From: Saprolegnia diclina VS20
Taxonomy: Eukaryota
Reading direction: 5' to 3'
DNA: 64,000 bases
NCBI RefSeq assembly: GCF_000281045.1
Contig: NW_008246068.1
Span: 456,859 to 520,858 of the forward strand
In this document: positions 1 to 12,052 of the stretch, piece after piece
Layout: every line of letters begins with the position of its first letter
Numbering within the stretch: the first letter of the stretch is position 1
Translations under genes and position numbers: made by a program
The notes under the pieces: model-generated
Seen by the model: only the letters and a program-made list of their open reading frames with translations
Databases searched by the model: none
Told to the model about the DNA's origin: nothing

Positions 1-601
1 CCGAGAGGTCCGAGAGGCTGCGATGGCGCCAAGCAGCGTCTTCGTGCGAAGTTGAAGCCAGGGCGCCGCCAAACCGGTCGACCAGTATATCAGTGCGATC
101 CTAGCATTGCAACCGAGACGCCCAACACCTCGCGACCATCTCGCCCCACGAGTTCGCACCGCGGGTCAACGCCGGACCAAGCGTGCGACACCGCCAGCTG
201 GCGATCATGTTCTTGTGGCGGCCACATCCTGACAGTCGCGTATAATATGCTAGAGGTTGGCTGCTGGTATATACTTTCTAGAGTCTCTGAGTACCTCTCT
301 TTTCTAATATTTGACGGGCCTTGGCTAAAAAAAGAGCGCTGGATTTTAATGTCGCATTTTTTTCTTTTCACCAAACTGCATACATTTTGCGAGTCAGAAT
401 TGCATTCGAAAAATAATCTCGGAATAGAATGGCCGCGACAGCGTGGCCAGTTGGATTTAAATTAAGCAGCTGGGCGCGATTACCAAACCGATTCTCTGGC
501 GCTAAAATGGAGTCCCAGTTCCGCTTTCGCTTCATCGAGCCAAAGCAACCTCCGCGCAAGCGACCTCCCTGAACACCACCACCACCAGCACCACCACCAG
601 C

Positions 602-850
602 ATGAGTGACTCTGATGTCGAAACGAGCGTCCATGGCGGCGTCTACCACCGCGGCAACTTTGAGTACAACGGCGAAGGCATGATCATCGGCTTTGCCACC
701 GAGCGCAAGGACAGCTCCGACCTGAGCCCGACCTGTGGCAAGCGCAAGCTCCGGTGTGGCAACTGCGGCTGCAGGACACACAAGACGGTCGACTGCGCGT
801 TCCTCACCGACTCGGAAAAGTCGTCCAGCGACGACGCGCCGCTCGAGTGA
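602..850 (+). CDS. Small (82 aa) CCHC zinc-knuckle protein
   Basis: Single-exon ATG-TGA ORF with GC3-rich codons. CGNCGCRTHKTVDC fits C-x2-C-x4-H-x4-C. An AT-rich 3' flank follows. Confidence 0.6.
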   Translation: MSDSDVETSVHGGVYHRGNFEYNGEGMIIGFATERKDSSDLSPTCGKRKLRCGNCGCRTHKTVDCAFLTDSEKSSSDDAPLE

Positions 851-1468
851 ACCGGCCACGCCTAACTTATAGCTACTTTAACTTTATTACCTACTTCTCC
901 TGTACTTTTGCAGCGTGTTTGCCTCTTGGCCGTGGAGATCGTCGGCGTCAGCATACTGTAGTGTCCGGCGCGAACAGATCTTATTCCTACTGGTACGTAG
1001 GAGGCGGGGTGCTCGGTGACCACCGAGTCTGCCGTTCAAGAGCCTCCGGTATCCGGTCGTGTTTTTGTCGCTGGGTCGAGGGTGCTGCAGACGTGGCGAC
1101 CGGTCCTGGATGATTGACACGTCATCTCCATCAACCTGACGACGATGTACTCTTCGGACCTTGCCGCTCCATCCAGCGGCGCCTTGTTTATCTAACGACG
1201 GCATGGTGTTTGAGAAAAGATGGGAACGAGGAACACGAATGAACGGTGCGCGATTTCCGCTGAAGCTAGTCGGGTGGTTTGCGAGCCGCGCCTCTACTAG
1301 CTTACTAGAAGAGGACATTTTATTTGTCCGTCGATGCAGCATGGGAAGGCGTCCCGTTCGAAGCCGCGAGCTACAGTGTTCAAAGAAACGAGGTCGGTGT
1401 TGACGACACGTTGCAAAATCTGAAATTCCGAAATTCTAGAAGCGCGCCGTACCACGTGGCGTCGGATC

Positions 1469-1610
1469 GCACACGTCTCTGCGGCCAGATTTCGATCAAA
1501 GAGTACAGAATTAGTCCATTGTTGGTCTGAGCTAACCATCTTCTATGGACGCGTCGCCAAGAAATGTGAAAGCGACGCGCTGGGTTCGACTCCAGCCAGC
1601 GCGTGCACCA
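1469..1610 (+). ncRNA. tRNA-like or tRNA-derived SINE-like element (not a canonical tRNA)
   Basis: Perfect B-box GGTTCGACTCC (1583-1593) inside a GCTGG/CCAGC stem, a 3' end ...GTGCACCA and several upstream hairpins. No canonical anticodon arm. Confidence 0.3.
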
Positions 1611-1670
1611 GCGGCGCGCCCATCAAATTCATATGACGACGTTCATTGGTCAGCTAACTTGACATGAAGC

Positions 1671-1836
1671 NNNNNNNNNNNNNNNNNNNNNNNNNNNNNN
1701 NNNNNNNNNNNNNNNNNNNNNNNNNNNNNNNNNNNNNNNNNNNNNNNNNNNNNNNNNNNNNNNNNNNNNNNNNNNNNNNNNNNNNNNNNNNNNNNNNNNN
1801 NNNNNNNNNNNNNNNNNNNNNNNNNNNNNNNNNNNN
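1671..1836. other. Assembly gap (166 N) flanked by an exact 59-bp duplication
   Basis: 1612-1670 is identical to 1837-1895. Confidence 0.95.
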
Positions 1837-2629
1837 CGGCGCGCCCATCAAATTCATATGACGACGTTCATTGGTCAGCTAACTTGACATGAAGCTACAT
1901 GATTGGTGCAAATACCGGAATGTCGGTCGTTCATTCACACCCAACCTCCTCGAGCTCTCCACGGCGTCCAAAGCTGCTCCGCAAGGCCACTTGGCACTGC
2001 GGGGCATTCTGCTGTACGAGTCTCTATCAGTGTACGTTTCGATTCGGTTGCTTAAGAGCACTGTCTTCTTGCTTGCATGTAATTACCGTCGAGTTAGCTT
2101 CTTGGTTAAAGAAATCGTGTTCGGAGAAGGTTGCTGAGCGATGCCTTAGCTTCTTCGGTGTACCCGGTATGAGGCAACGTTCGCATGAACCTGTCGAGGT
2201 GTTTTATCTACCAGAAAAGTGCCGTCTGCCTCGTCGCTGAAGTTTTGCCAGCTCACAACTCACTCACCGAGTCCCTTAAACACTCAGTTCCTTGTGATCG
2301 AAGCTTGATCCTATTTCGTAGCATACTTACTAGTACGTGTTACGATAGTCCTTCAGCCCTCTTCGCCAACGTATACCGCGACCATCAGAAGGACTCGAAT
2401 AATAAAGTGAGCGCGACTAACTTACTACTGGATCGTCCCTTCCCAGTAACTACTACCGTAAATTCTTTGCTTGTCATCGCCGAATCCCGCCCCTTGTCGT
2501 CCGCAAAGTGCAAACTTGGCTGCAGCTCTCGGATCGCGGGTTGGTTATCCGGAAGCTATCCGGAGACGTCCGTGACGCACGGACGCACAGATATTTGTGA
2601 GGTCGGAAGCCGCAGCAAAAGATATTGCG

Positions 2630-4343
2630 ATGGACAGCGCGTGGACAGGTCGGCCGATGGCGGTGATGGCGGAGGTTGACACATGGCCCATTAGAGCTCA
2701 AGAAGAACGTCGCTCTCATCGAGAAGGTCGTCGCGAGCAACAACAAGGAGAAGCTCGCGCGTGTCTTCCGCACGACGTCGGCCATCCGCCGCGGCTTGAC
2801 GCCGGCCGAGCTCACGCGCGCCGTGACCGAGATCCTCGCTGAGGACAACGAGATCCGGACGTCTCTCCTCCAGTTCATCGGCCTCGTCAAGCCCGATGCG
2901 GCGGACGACGTCGACATGAATGCGGGCGAAGACGACCCGGCGGTCGACGACGTCGAGAAGGACGCCAGCGTGCACATGGAGCGAAGCGAGCTCATTGAAG
3001 TCGAGACATACCTCAGCCTTCTCGTCATTGCGCTCTTGCTCAAGTCACAGCTCGGCGCCGAGGCGCAGGCGTGCGCCGACTTGGTGCGCCAGCGCTGCAT
3101 GCAGTTCAACCGCCGCACGCTCGACTTGTTTGCGGCGCGCGTCATGACGTACTTTGCGTACGCGTTCGAGCGCTACGGCGAGGGCTACACGGCGATCCGC
3201 CCGCTGCTCCTCACGGCGCACCGCACGGCGTGCCTCCGCTGCGACGAGATTGGCCAAGCGACGGTGCTCAACCTGCTTTTGCGCAATTATCTGCACGAGA
3301 ACCTGTACGAGCAAGCGTACAAGCTCGTGTCCAAGACGACGTTCCCGGAGGCGGTCTCGAACAACCAGTTTGTGCGCTACCTCTACTACGTCGGCAAGAT
3401 CCACGCCGTCCAGCTCGAGTACACGGACTCGTACAACAAGCTCATGCAGTCGATCCGGAAGGCGCCGCAGAACACGGCGATTGGCTTCCGCCGCACGGTC
3501 TACAAGCTCGCGATCATCGTGCAGCTGCTCATGGGCGAAGTCCCGGAGCGCAGCATCTTCAACCAGACCGAGCTCAAGACGGCGCTGCTCCCATACCTGC
3601 AGCTCACCAACGTACGCATAATTCATCGTCTCTGCTCATGCGGGTTGTGCAAGGCTGTGCGCGTGGGCAACCTCGAAGACTTTACGGCCGTCCTCAACCA
3701 GTTTGCCGACGTTTTCAAGGCCGACAAGACGCACACGCTCATCCTTCGGTACACGACCAGCGCCAAGCATGATCTTACTTGTGCGTCGACTAGGCTGCGC
3801 CACAACGTCATCAAGACGGGTCTCCGCAAGATCAACACGTCGTACTCCAAGATCCTCTTCTCGGTTCGTCCATTGAACCTTGTACGTGGTGATCTGATGG
3901 TCGCCAGTAGGATATCTGCACCAAGCTCGCGCTCGACACGCCGCAGAACGCCGAGTTTGTCTGCGCCAAGGCCATCCGTGACGGCGTCATTGACGCGGTC
4001 ATCGACCACAAGCACGGCTGGATGCAGTCCAAGGTACTCTTCGCCCTCGCATCGACGGCAATGGACCACGCGCCTAGGAAACCGTCGATGTGTATGCGAC
4101 GACGGAGCCGCAGCAGGCCTTCCACAAGCGCATCACGTTCTGCTTGGACGTGCACAACGAAGCCGTCAAGGTCCGTCGATCCCTCGACGCCATCCTAGAT
4201 CTTATCGGTCTGCTTAGGCCATGCGCTACCCGCCGGGCGCGTACAAGAAGGACCTCGAGTCGGCCGAAGAGCGCCTCGAGCGCGAGAAGCAGGAGGACGA
4301 GCTCGCCAAGGAGATTGAAGAGGAGCTCGACGAAGGTCTCTAA
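2630..4343 (+). CDS. RPN3: 26S proteasome regulatory subunit RPN3 (PSMD3), multi-exon
   Basis: Motifs [86 protein letters not shown] 46-nt first intron gives the start MDSAWT|ELKKN. Confidence 0.95.
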
Positions 4344-4506
4344 GCGCTCGTGGGGCCATAAGCTGCGAATCACATGATCATTCTGCTGTGTCTCGACCGC
4401 ATGTACCCGCGCATGGCGTGGCCAGTCGTCCGAGCAGATGCAACGCAAGCGAAGGCAAGAGATGAGCTCGTGTATGACAAAGGGACTAGGAGTGCTACGA
4501 CGCTTC

Positions 4507-6230
4507 TTAAAGCGGGATGTTGCCGTGCTTCTTCCACGGGTTCTCGAGCTTCTTGTTCTGGAGCACGTCGAGGTCCTCGCAGATGCGGAGGCGCGTCGCG
4601 GTTGGCTCAATAATGTCGTCGACAAAGCCGCGCTGGGCCGCGACCATCGGGTTGGCAAACTTCTCTTCGTAGTCGGCCGTGTTTTCCTCGACGTTTTGGC
4701 CGCGGAAGATGATCTCGACCGCGCCCTTGGCGCCCATGACGGCGATCTCGGCCGACGGCCATGCATAGTTGATGTCGCCGCGGAGGTGCTTGGAGGCCAT
4801 GACGTCATAAGCGCCGCCGTACGCCTTGCGCGTGATCACCGTGATCTTGGGCACCGTGGCTTCCGCATACGCGTACAAGAGCTTGGCGCCATGGCGAATG
4901 ATGCCGGCGTACTCTTGGTCCGTGCCCGGGAGGAAGCCGGGGACGTCGACGAGCGTCACGAGCGGGATGTTGAACGCGTCGCAGAAGCGCACAAAGCGCG
5001 CGGCCTTGATCGACGAGTTGATGTCGAGGCAGCCCGCGAGCTCCATCGGCTGGTTAGCCACGATACCGACGACCCGGCCTTCGAAGCGCGCCATGCCAAT
5101 CAGAATGTTCTTGGCGTAGTCGTTCATGATCTCGTAGAAGTCGCCATTGTCGACGAGCTGGTGGATGACGTCGCGCATGTTGTACGGGACGTTCGGGTCC
5201 GGCGGCACGATCGACTCGAGGGTCGGGACCGGGCGGTGGCGGTCGTCGTCCTTGGCGCGCGTCGGCGGCGACTCTAGACAAACAGATCTTATCGATGCAA
5301 GGGATGGAGAGGAGTACCCTTGTTGTTGAGCGGAAGAAAGTCAAAGAAGCGGCGCATCTCGCGGAGCGCTTCGACGTCGTTGTCAAAAGCCTTGTGCGCG
5401 ACGCCCGACGTCTTGGTGTGCGTGACAGCGCCGCCGAGCTGCTCCTGCGTCACCTCTTCGTTCGTGACCGTCTTGACGACATCCGGACCCGTCACAAACA
5501 TGTACGACGTGTCCTTGCACATAAAGACAAAGTCGGTCATCGCCGGCGAGTAGACGGCGCCACCGGCGCACGGGCCCATGATCATCGTAAGCTGCGGCAC
5601 AACGCCGGAGGCGAGGACGTTTTGCTGGAAAATGTCGGCGTACCCCGCGAGCGACGCGACGCCTTCTTGGATGCGCGCGCCACCCGAGTCGTTGAGCCCG
5701 ATCACCGGCGCGCCCATCTTCATGGCCTTGTCCATGACCTTGATGATCTTCTCGGCGTACGTCTCGGACAAACTGCCACCCAGCACCGTAAAGTCTTGGC
5801 TAAAGACGAACGTCAAGCGGCCGTTGATCTTGCCGTGACCCGTGATGACACCGTCGCCCGGGTAGTGCTGCGTCTCCATGCCAAAGTCCTTGCAGCGGTG
5901 CGACTTGAGCATGTCGTACTCACGGAACGAGCCTTCGTCGAGGAGGAGCTCAATGCGCTCGCGGGCCGTGAGCTTGCCCTTCTTGTGCTGCGCTTCCTGG
6001 CGATGCGCGCCGCCACCAAGCAGCGCTTGCGCGCGTGCTTCCTCGAGCTTGGCCTTGAAGGCCAACTTGCGCGCCGCCGGGGTCACCTCGGTCGCCGTCG
6101 AGAAAGCCGCCGCAAAGGCAGGCATCTACACATACACCATGTCAGCCTTCCACTCTACAGTGCATGCTCGTCTTACGGGCGCGCGGACAAAGGACGGGCG
6201 GGTCACCGCACGCAGCAGTACGGATCGCAT
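4507..6230 (-). CDS. PCCB: Propionyl-CoA carboxylase beta chain, mitochondrial
   Basis: Motifs [77 protein letters not shown]. Arg-rich presequence [14 protein letters not shown] precedes the first intron. Confidence 0.95.
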
Positions 6231-6599
6231 CTTGGTGCTTGTGATGGCCACAAAAAATAAGCAAATGACGCAATACGCTTTCAGAGGGTGCTACCACCTG
6301 TGAAAACGCATACATCTGGCCCGGGACCCCGGGGCACCGACCAGAACGACGATCATTTGGGATCGTTCGCCAACGTTCGTGGCGCCAGTAGCTGGACACC
6401 GCCACCCGCGCGCCCGCCGTCGCGATGGACACACCGTGTGGTCATCGATGGTCGCCACCAGAGAAGAGCTTTGAGAGTAGCTACAACACTGGTCGCTCCG
6501 CCTGCTCGTGTCCGCTGCTCGCGTAGCGTGCTTCCAGCACAAAAATCCCTGCCTGAGGCTATGCGTTGTTGAATACTTTGGCATTGAGGCTCCATCCGT

Positions 6600-8400
6600 C
6601 CTGTCAGAGGTGCGACCTGCGTGGTAGTACTCGACCAACTCGTCTCTGGTCGAGCGATGTGGGAGGAGCTTCAGCCGCTGCTTCGTGCTGGGGCACGGCC
6701 GGGGCACGCGTATAAAGTGTGACAAGGTCGCCTATCGTTTGCATACAAACTGTTTTGCCAAAGCGCGGGTGCCGGCAGCGGTGATTGGCTAAAAAGCGAA
6801 CGGACACATCCTGATGCGTCACGAGATTCAACTTCTTAGCCAATCATCGGGGAGCGGATCCAGAATTGGGCCAATCGCACGGCGACGACCTTGAAGTTGG
6901 GGCGCACTTCGTGTGCAATCCGAGGGAAATCCCCGCGCCACTCGGCATCGCGCATCCGCCGCAGCGACCGCGTCATGTCCAGGCAGCTGCCTTCGCATGT
7001 CCTAGCACTTGGTCGCTGTAGTCTTTGCATATTGCCCGTAGAGAAGACGATCGCAATGTGTATCGATCGCCGTGCATGCATGTAGCCACGACAGGTTGGC
7101 TCGCATGTGCCTGCCAGCACCCTTGTGGATCCAAGGTGGGTATCTCTGCAACGTTGCTGCATGAACATGCGTCCATCACGAGGGCGGCGACATAGGCACG
7201 AAGCAAGACTAGAGAGTGCCGAGGATCGACCTTGTTGGTTGCTCTTCTTGGACGGTAGCTATTCCTGCAACGCGCTAGTAGCATCGCGAATCGAGAGATG
7301 CTGCGCTTCGAGTGTCTACGATTGCGCCCAAGGAGCCGTGCATGTCGTGGAAGAGCGAGGTTTGGTCTTGTCGCTCCCGTTCACATCACTGGGCTTCAAG
7401 TCGCATGCTCGTAGTTGAAGTCGCCGACGTGATCGCACCCGAGCTCGAACAACGCGCTCTTCTTACGGCTTGCTTCTACATGTTGAAAGGATGTTGTTGA
7501 TCCAAGGATCATACCGGCGTCGTGTTGGACTCCACAGAGGCCCAAGAGACGTGACCATCATGTGACTCATCCGCTCAAGCAGCGTGGGGAAGACCGTGGT
7601 CTCGGTGGTTGATGACTTCATATCTTCTGAAGTGTCCGGCGACGGGCCGTGTCCTTTGTGTCTGCAAAAGCGATTTCCGCCACCGTCTGCGCCGAGCTGC
7701 ACGAGAATTCAGTTGCTTGCGGCATCGTGATGGCCTTGCATAGACTGGTACAGCTCGTGTGTTGCTCCTTGGTTGGCCGAGCTCGCATATTCGATGATAT
7801 CCCAGAGAACTCCCATCATTCCCAGTTCATGTACTACGACTAAAGTGGACGCACTCGACTTTGCTTCAGAAGGCCGAGCGCACTTTGACTCGGTATCTCG
7901 TTGTCGATACCAAATGACGACGATTCCTCGAAGTCCATCGGCCAAGCGATTCAGACAAAGTCGAAAAACGATCGGGCGTCGGGTGCAAATCCTGCGCCTG
8001 GATGTCCACTGGAAGGCCCCGCGTGTACGGGTTGCTTCCATGTCAAGCTTCCTTCGTCCGACGCGGTCATGAACTCACGCAGCAGAAAACCCCAAAGCAC
8101 TTCCTCAGTCCTGATGCCAGGCACTGCCCGCTCTGCGCTGTGCATACGCGCGAAGCGTACGACCATCTTCCAGCGCTGTCCATTCAACCGCGCGGTCTGG
8201 CGCTTTCGAACCGATGCGTGATATCTTGCAGATGCAGCTTCCGTCGTCGGTCGGTGGCTTTCTCTACGATGCAGTCGCTATGCCGTTCTCAGCCCACACG
8301 CCGACCATTCGTGCCATCCGGCCGATCTTGCGCGCTTGCATTTGGTACTGTCTTTGGCAACCGAGTGTTCCGCACGACGTTGACGCCTGTGCAGCTGGCG
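6600..8400 (-). pseudogene. Possible decayed or poorly resolved multi-exon gene relic
   Basis: Short protein-like minus-strand stretches (RDELVEYYHAG, EWRGDFPRIAHEVRPNFKVVAVRLAQFW, KSALFELGCDHVGDFNYE) broken by stops. No family recognised. Confidence 0.25.
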
Positions 8401-8805
8401 ACAAAAGCGAACAATAATCTCACTCTAGCACTCTAGTACGTCTGCATCTCAAAGTATCGCAACTGGAAATGACTCGTTTACACCAGCCTACAAAACGTGG
8501 CAGGTCGCTTGGACCTCGCTGGGTTTGGGGCTAACCTTGATCCCGCGAGTCAGCGGACGTCTCTTGAACGCTGCGAACTTCCTCATCTGGACTGCACTTT
8601 TATCCCACATGGGCTAGCCTGATGGTCAGTGATAGTCTTGCTGAGGCTTCAACCCAGTGCTTGGTTGACGTTATGAGGTCGGTGGGCTCCATTCTTCGTG
8701 TCTTTAGCCTTCGACAGACTACTCGGACTACGCCATCTACTGTTTGCTCGACGCGCGGCAACATACTGAATGTTGGATTATCGGTTGCAATATGACAGTG
8801 GCTCC

Positions 8806-9378
8806 TTACGCGACGTCTGACGTGCCCTTCTTGACGGTCGAGTGCTTGCGCGTGACGCTCGGAAGCTCAGCGTCCTCCATGCTCTTCTCGCGCACGAGGC
8901 GAGCGTACTCGATGGCTTGCTTCTTGGCGATGCGCCGGCCGAGCGTGAGCATGTAGATCGAAAGGCCGATCTCGAGCGTGAGCGCCATGACAGCGACGAC
9001 CATGTAGCCCTCGAGGAGGACGCAGCTCGTGCCCGAGAGGTTGTCGTCGAGGCCATGGCTCTCGCAGTACGTGCGGAACTCGGTCTTGGCGAAGTACGGC
9101 TTCATAAAGGTCGAGATGGTCGCGATCGAGAACGCAATGAGGCCAAGGTGCAGGAGGTAGAAGAGTTTGGCGCCATGGCGCTGGAGGTGGTTGACGCAGC
9201 TGCAGCAGTTGCGCAGCGTGTAGAGGAAGGCGAACCCGATCGAGACGAACGCGCTCGTGAGGTAGAGCGCCAGCATCGCGATGCCCGTCTCGCGTGAGAC
9301 TGCGATGGACGGCAGCACCGTCAGCGCCTGCAGCGCGAGGACCATCAGCATCACGCACTCGTCGAGGATGATGCACAT
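8806..9378 (-). CDS. Small 4-TM membrane protein of unknown function (190 aa)
   Basis: ATG at 9378, strong GC3 bias, four hydrophobic segments, a Cys pair in the loop before the last TM and a basic tail. Confidence 0.75.
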   Translation of the reverse strand: MCIILDECVMLMVLALQALTVLPSIAVSRETGIAMLALYLTSAFVSIGFAFLYTLRNCCSCVNHLQRHGAKLFYLLHLGLIAFSIATISTFMKPYFAKTEFRTYCESHGLDDNLSGTSCVLLEGYMVVAVMALTLEIGLSIYMLTLGRRIAKKQAIEYARLVREKSMEDAELPSVTRKHSTVKKGTSDVA

Positions 9379-10078
9379 GCTTGCGGCTCCTGTCGTCGGC
9401 TTGTGGTGTTCTGAACAGGCGGCGAAAAAAACACCTTCTGCGTAAAAAACAATGTTCGAAATCTCAACGCATTTCTTCATCCAAAAAGATTTCGTGTCAT
9501 CTCGGGCGGCGAGATGCGAGCACCGTCTTCCAGAAGGCCCTTGCAGCATGGCCAGGCAGGCGCCGGAGGACGCGAGGCCATCTACACCCAACGTTACTGG
9601 TACCTCCGTCGTCCGTCACATGAAGGTAGGCAGTCTACTGAAGCAGGTAGTAGCTCGGTGGTGAACGGTCCATGCGCAGCTGTCCAGCATTGATGGTCTG
9701 TGGGCTAAGATCTGATGGGCATGACCGAGATCATGGCTTGGGCTTGTATTGGCCGCAGCAGCCTCAAGCGGGCAAGTGTCGTCAGTGCGCCATGCAGCAA
9801 CCTCGGCTCGAAAAGTCCAAGTGCCAGTCGATCCGCAAGCAATTTTGAGAGGACAACGTCAGCTGCCCTTGTCCGAGGACGCATCGCAGCGGACAAGAAG
9901 AGGAGGATGTGGCTGGCATTGCTTGTGGCCACACAAAGGCTGTGGTTGCGCAACTTGGCTGCCATCTGGACGGTCCAGCCAGATGGATAGCACGGAGCTG
10001 GCCAAGTGGGGTCGATGGACGGATCAAGATCGACGACGAAGTAGATGAGGCAAAGTTCTTAGTTAATAGGTTACAAGC

Positions 10079-11470
10079 TTAAACACGCATATCGGAAAAC
10101 ATGTCGATGAAGGATGGACAGGACGTCATGCGCGTGATCGCGCTGCCGAGGCGCTCAAAGTCCGAGCGCTCCGAGTAGATTTGGGCCGAGATGCGAATGT
10201 ACATCTGGCCTTGGATCGGGAGCACTTTGGTCACGATCTGGCACTGGTCCATGAGGATGTCAATGACAAACTCGCACACTTGCAGCTTCTCGTCGGCCGA
10301 GAGCGGCTCCTTCGCGTGCTTCTTGGCCGGCCACTCGATCGGGAGGCGGATCGCACTCACAAACGGGCTGCGCTGCCACGGCGGCAGGAGCGGCTCCGTG
10401 CCCCAGAGCGTCGCGAGGTAGCTCGAGGCCCAGTCGATGAGTCCTTTGTTGTGGGCAAAGACGCGGGCGAACCCGAGGTTCTGGTAAAAGTCGAGCGACG
10501 TGGCGATCGTGAGGTAGTTGGACTCGTCCTTCGTGCCCTGGACGGCAAACTCCTCGAGGAAGCCCTGGTTGTAGCCGAGCGACGTGACGACCGGGCGGAT
10601 CACCGATTGGTGCTCGCGGTCCACAAACAAGAACGAGCTCGACTTGGAGCCAAAGAGCCACTTGGTCGTCGTGCCCACGTAAAAGTCGGGGCGCAGCTCG
10701 CGCAGGTTCAGCGGGATCTGGCCCGGCGCGTTCGCACCGTCAATGAGCGTATACACGCCACGGGCGCGCAGCATCGGAATGAGCTTCTCTAGCGGGAGGA
10801 CGAGGCCGCCCGAGCTCGTAATGTGATCGAGCACGGCCACGCGCGTGTTGGGCGTGATCGCAGCAATGATCTGCGTGATGAGCGAGTCGTAGGACGGGAT
10901 CGGGAGCTTGACATCGACGACCTTGAGCTCGACGACCTCTTGTGTCATGTAGCAAATGTGGCGGAGCGTGTTAAAGACGCCGGGGTACGTCGAGCTCATA
11001 CACAGCACTTCGTCGCCGTCCTGGAGGTCGAGCGAGCGCAGCACCGAGTTGACGCCGTGCGAGATGTTGGGCACAAACACAATGTCGTCCGAGTCGGCAC
11101 CGACAAACTCGGCGAGGCGCTCGGCCGACTTGCGGAGGAGCGTCGGCAGCTCGCGCCGGTAGAACCGGTCCGGGTTCATCTCCATGCGGTTGACAAAGTA
11201 CGCCTGCGCGGCGAGGACGGGCTTGGGTGCAAAGCCAAACGAGGCCGGGTTCAGGAACGTCGTGTTGGGCTCCATGTTGAAACAACACCGCGCCGAGCTG
11301 CCAAGCGTGAGCTGGTTGAGGAAGCACGTACAGTCCGCCGGCAGCATCGAGAGCCGGTCGAGGTCCATGAGCGACGGCGGCGCCTCCGAGCGCGGCTTGA
11401 CGGTGGGCGAGACGACGGGCGCCGGCGGGCCCGCGCTATGGCCACTGCTCGAGTACACAGCTTGTTGCAT
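10079..11470 (-). CDS. Class-V PLP-dependent C-S lyase (L-cysteine desulfhydrase / Egt2 / isopenicillin-N epimerase-like)
   Basis: Motifs FLNPASFG, DIVFVPN, VLDHITSS, IDGANAPGQIPLNL, PDFYVGTTTKWLF (PLP lysine), GTKD, YIRISAQIY. Confidence 0.88.
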   Translation of the reverse strand: MQQAVYSSSGHSAGPPAPVVSPTVKPRSEAPPSLMDLDRLSMLPADCTCFLNQLTLGSSARCCFNMEPNTTFLNPASFGFAPKPVLAAQAYFVNRMEMNPDRFYRRELPTLLRKSAERLAEFVGADSDDIVFVPNISHGVNSVLRSLDLQDGDEVLCMSSTYPGVFNTLRHICYMTQEVVELKVVDVKLPIPSYDSLITQIIAAITPNTRVAVLDHITSSGGLVLPLEKLIPMLRARGVYTLIDGANAPGQIPLNLRELRPDFYVGTTTKWLFGSKSSSFLFVDREHQSVIRPVVTSLGYNQGFLEEFAVQGTKDESNYLTIATSLDFYQNLGFARVFAHNKGLIDWASSYLATLWGTEPLLPPWQRSPFVSAIRLPIEWPAKKHAKEPLSADEKLQVCEFVIDILMDQCQIVTKVLPIQGQMYIRISAQIYSERSDFERLGSAITRMTSCPSFIDMFSDMRV

Positions 11471-12052
11471 GCTGGGGCTTACTGGTGCCAAAGCGTCTTG
11501 GGAAATGAACCTCGTTTTGGTTCATTTTATTATTGTATTTTTATTATACGCTTTCGAAGAAAAGACCACGTGACTTATAAAAAGCCGCGTCGGGACATGC
11601 GCCATGGTTTTGCACCAATGAGAAACCGCCAGAACGGTGGTTTTGACGGAATCCGCCACGTGATTGGACAAAAGGGTAGCCAATGGCATCGCGCAATGCC
11701 GCCGACGCAATTCGCAGCGCGGAAGCGGACGCCAATCACGCCGACCAAGATGGCGGCCAGCTGGAGCGGCGCCTGCGACGCTCATGCGATTGGACCGTGG
11801 TAGACGAGCAGCCACATGGAGGTGCGACGCCGAAGCCGCGAAGGCTCCGCCCAGATACGCGGCTGCCAGGATGCGAGTGGCGACGCCGTGGGGACCGGCC
11901 GCGAGAAGTAATGGCGACGCTGGTGTACGTGGCAGCTGCAGATCGCGCAAAGGTTGCCCGTTCGCGGCGAAAGAAGGCGGCGCTGACTATCCAGGGTGAG
12001 CGGTCAACCCAACTTCAAGGCGCCGTCGACGTTTGTAATTAACAATCTCGGA

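Noticed and set aside
1..230. Possible 5' end of a minus-strand gene (MWPPQEHDRQ...)
   Set aside because: Truncated by the window edge with too little evidence.
1515..1610. Possible tRNA-Sec, suppressor tRNA, tmRNA or hammerhead ribozyme
   Set aside because: No TCA or CTA anticodon in a 7-nt loop on a valid stem, no correctly spaced acceptor 5' strand, no tag ORF and no CUGANGA core. Kept only as a tRNA-like candidate.
1612..1895. 59-bp direct repeat flanking the N-run
   Set aside because: An exact duplication at both edges of a gap is most simply an unmerged contig overlap, not biology.
9705..9965. 86-aa minus-strand ORF
   Set aside because: No recognisable motif and weak codon bias.
11683..12042. 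Possible small plus-strand gene between the PLP lyase and IP3R
   Set aside because: Intron-like signals exist, but I could not build a stop-free, recognisable model.
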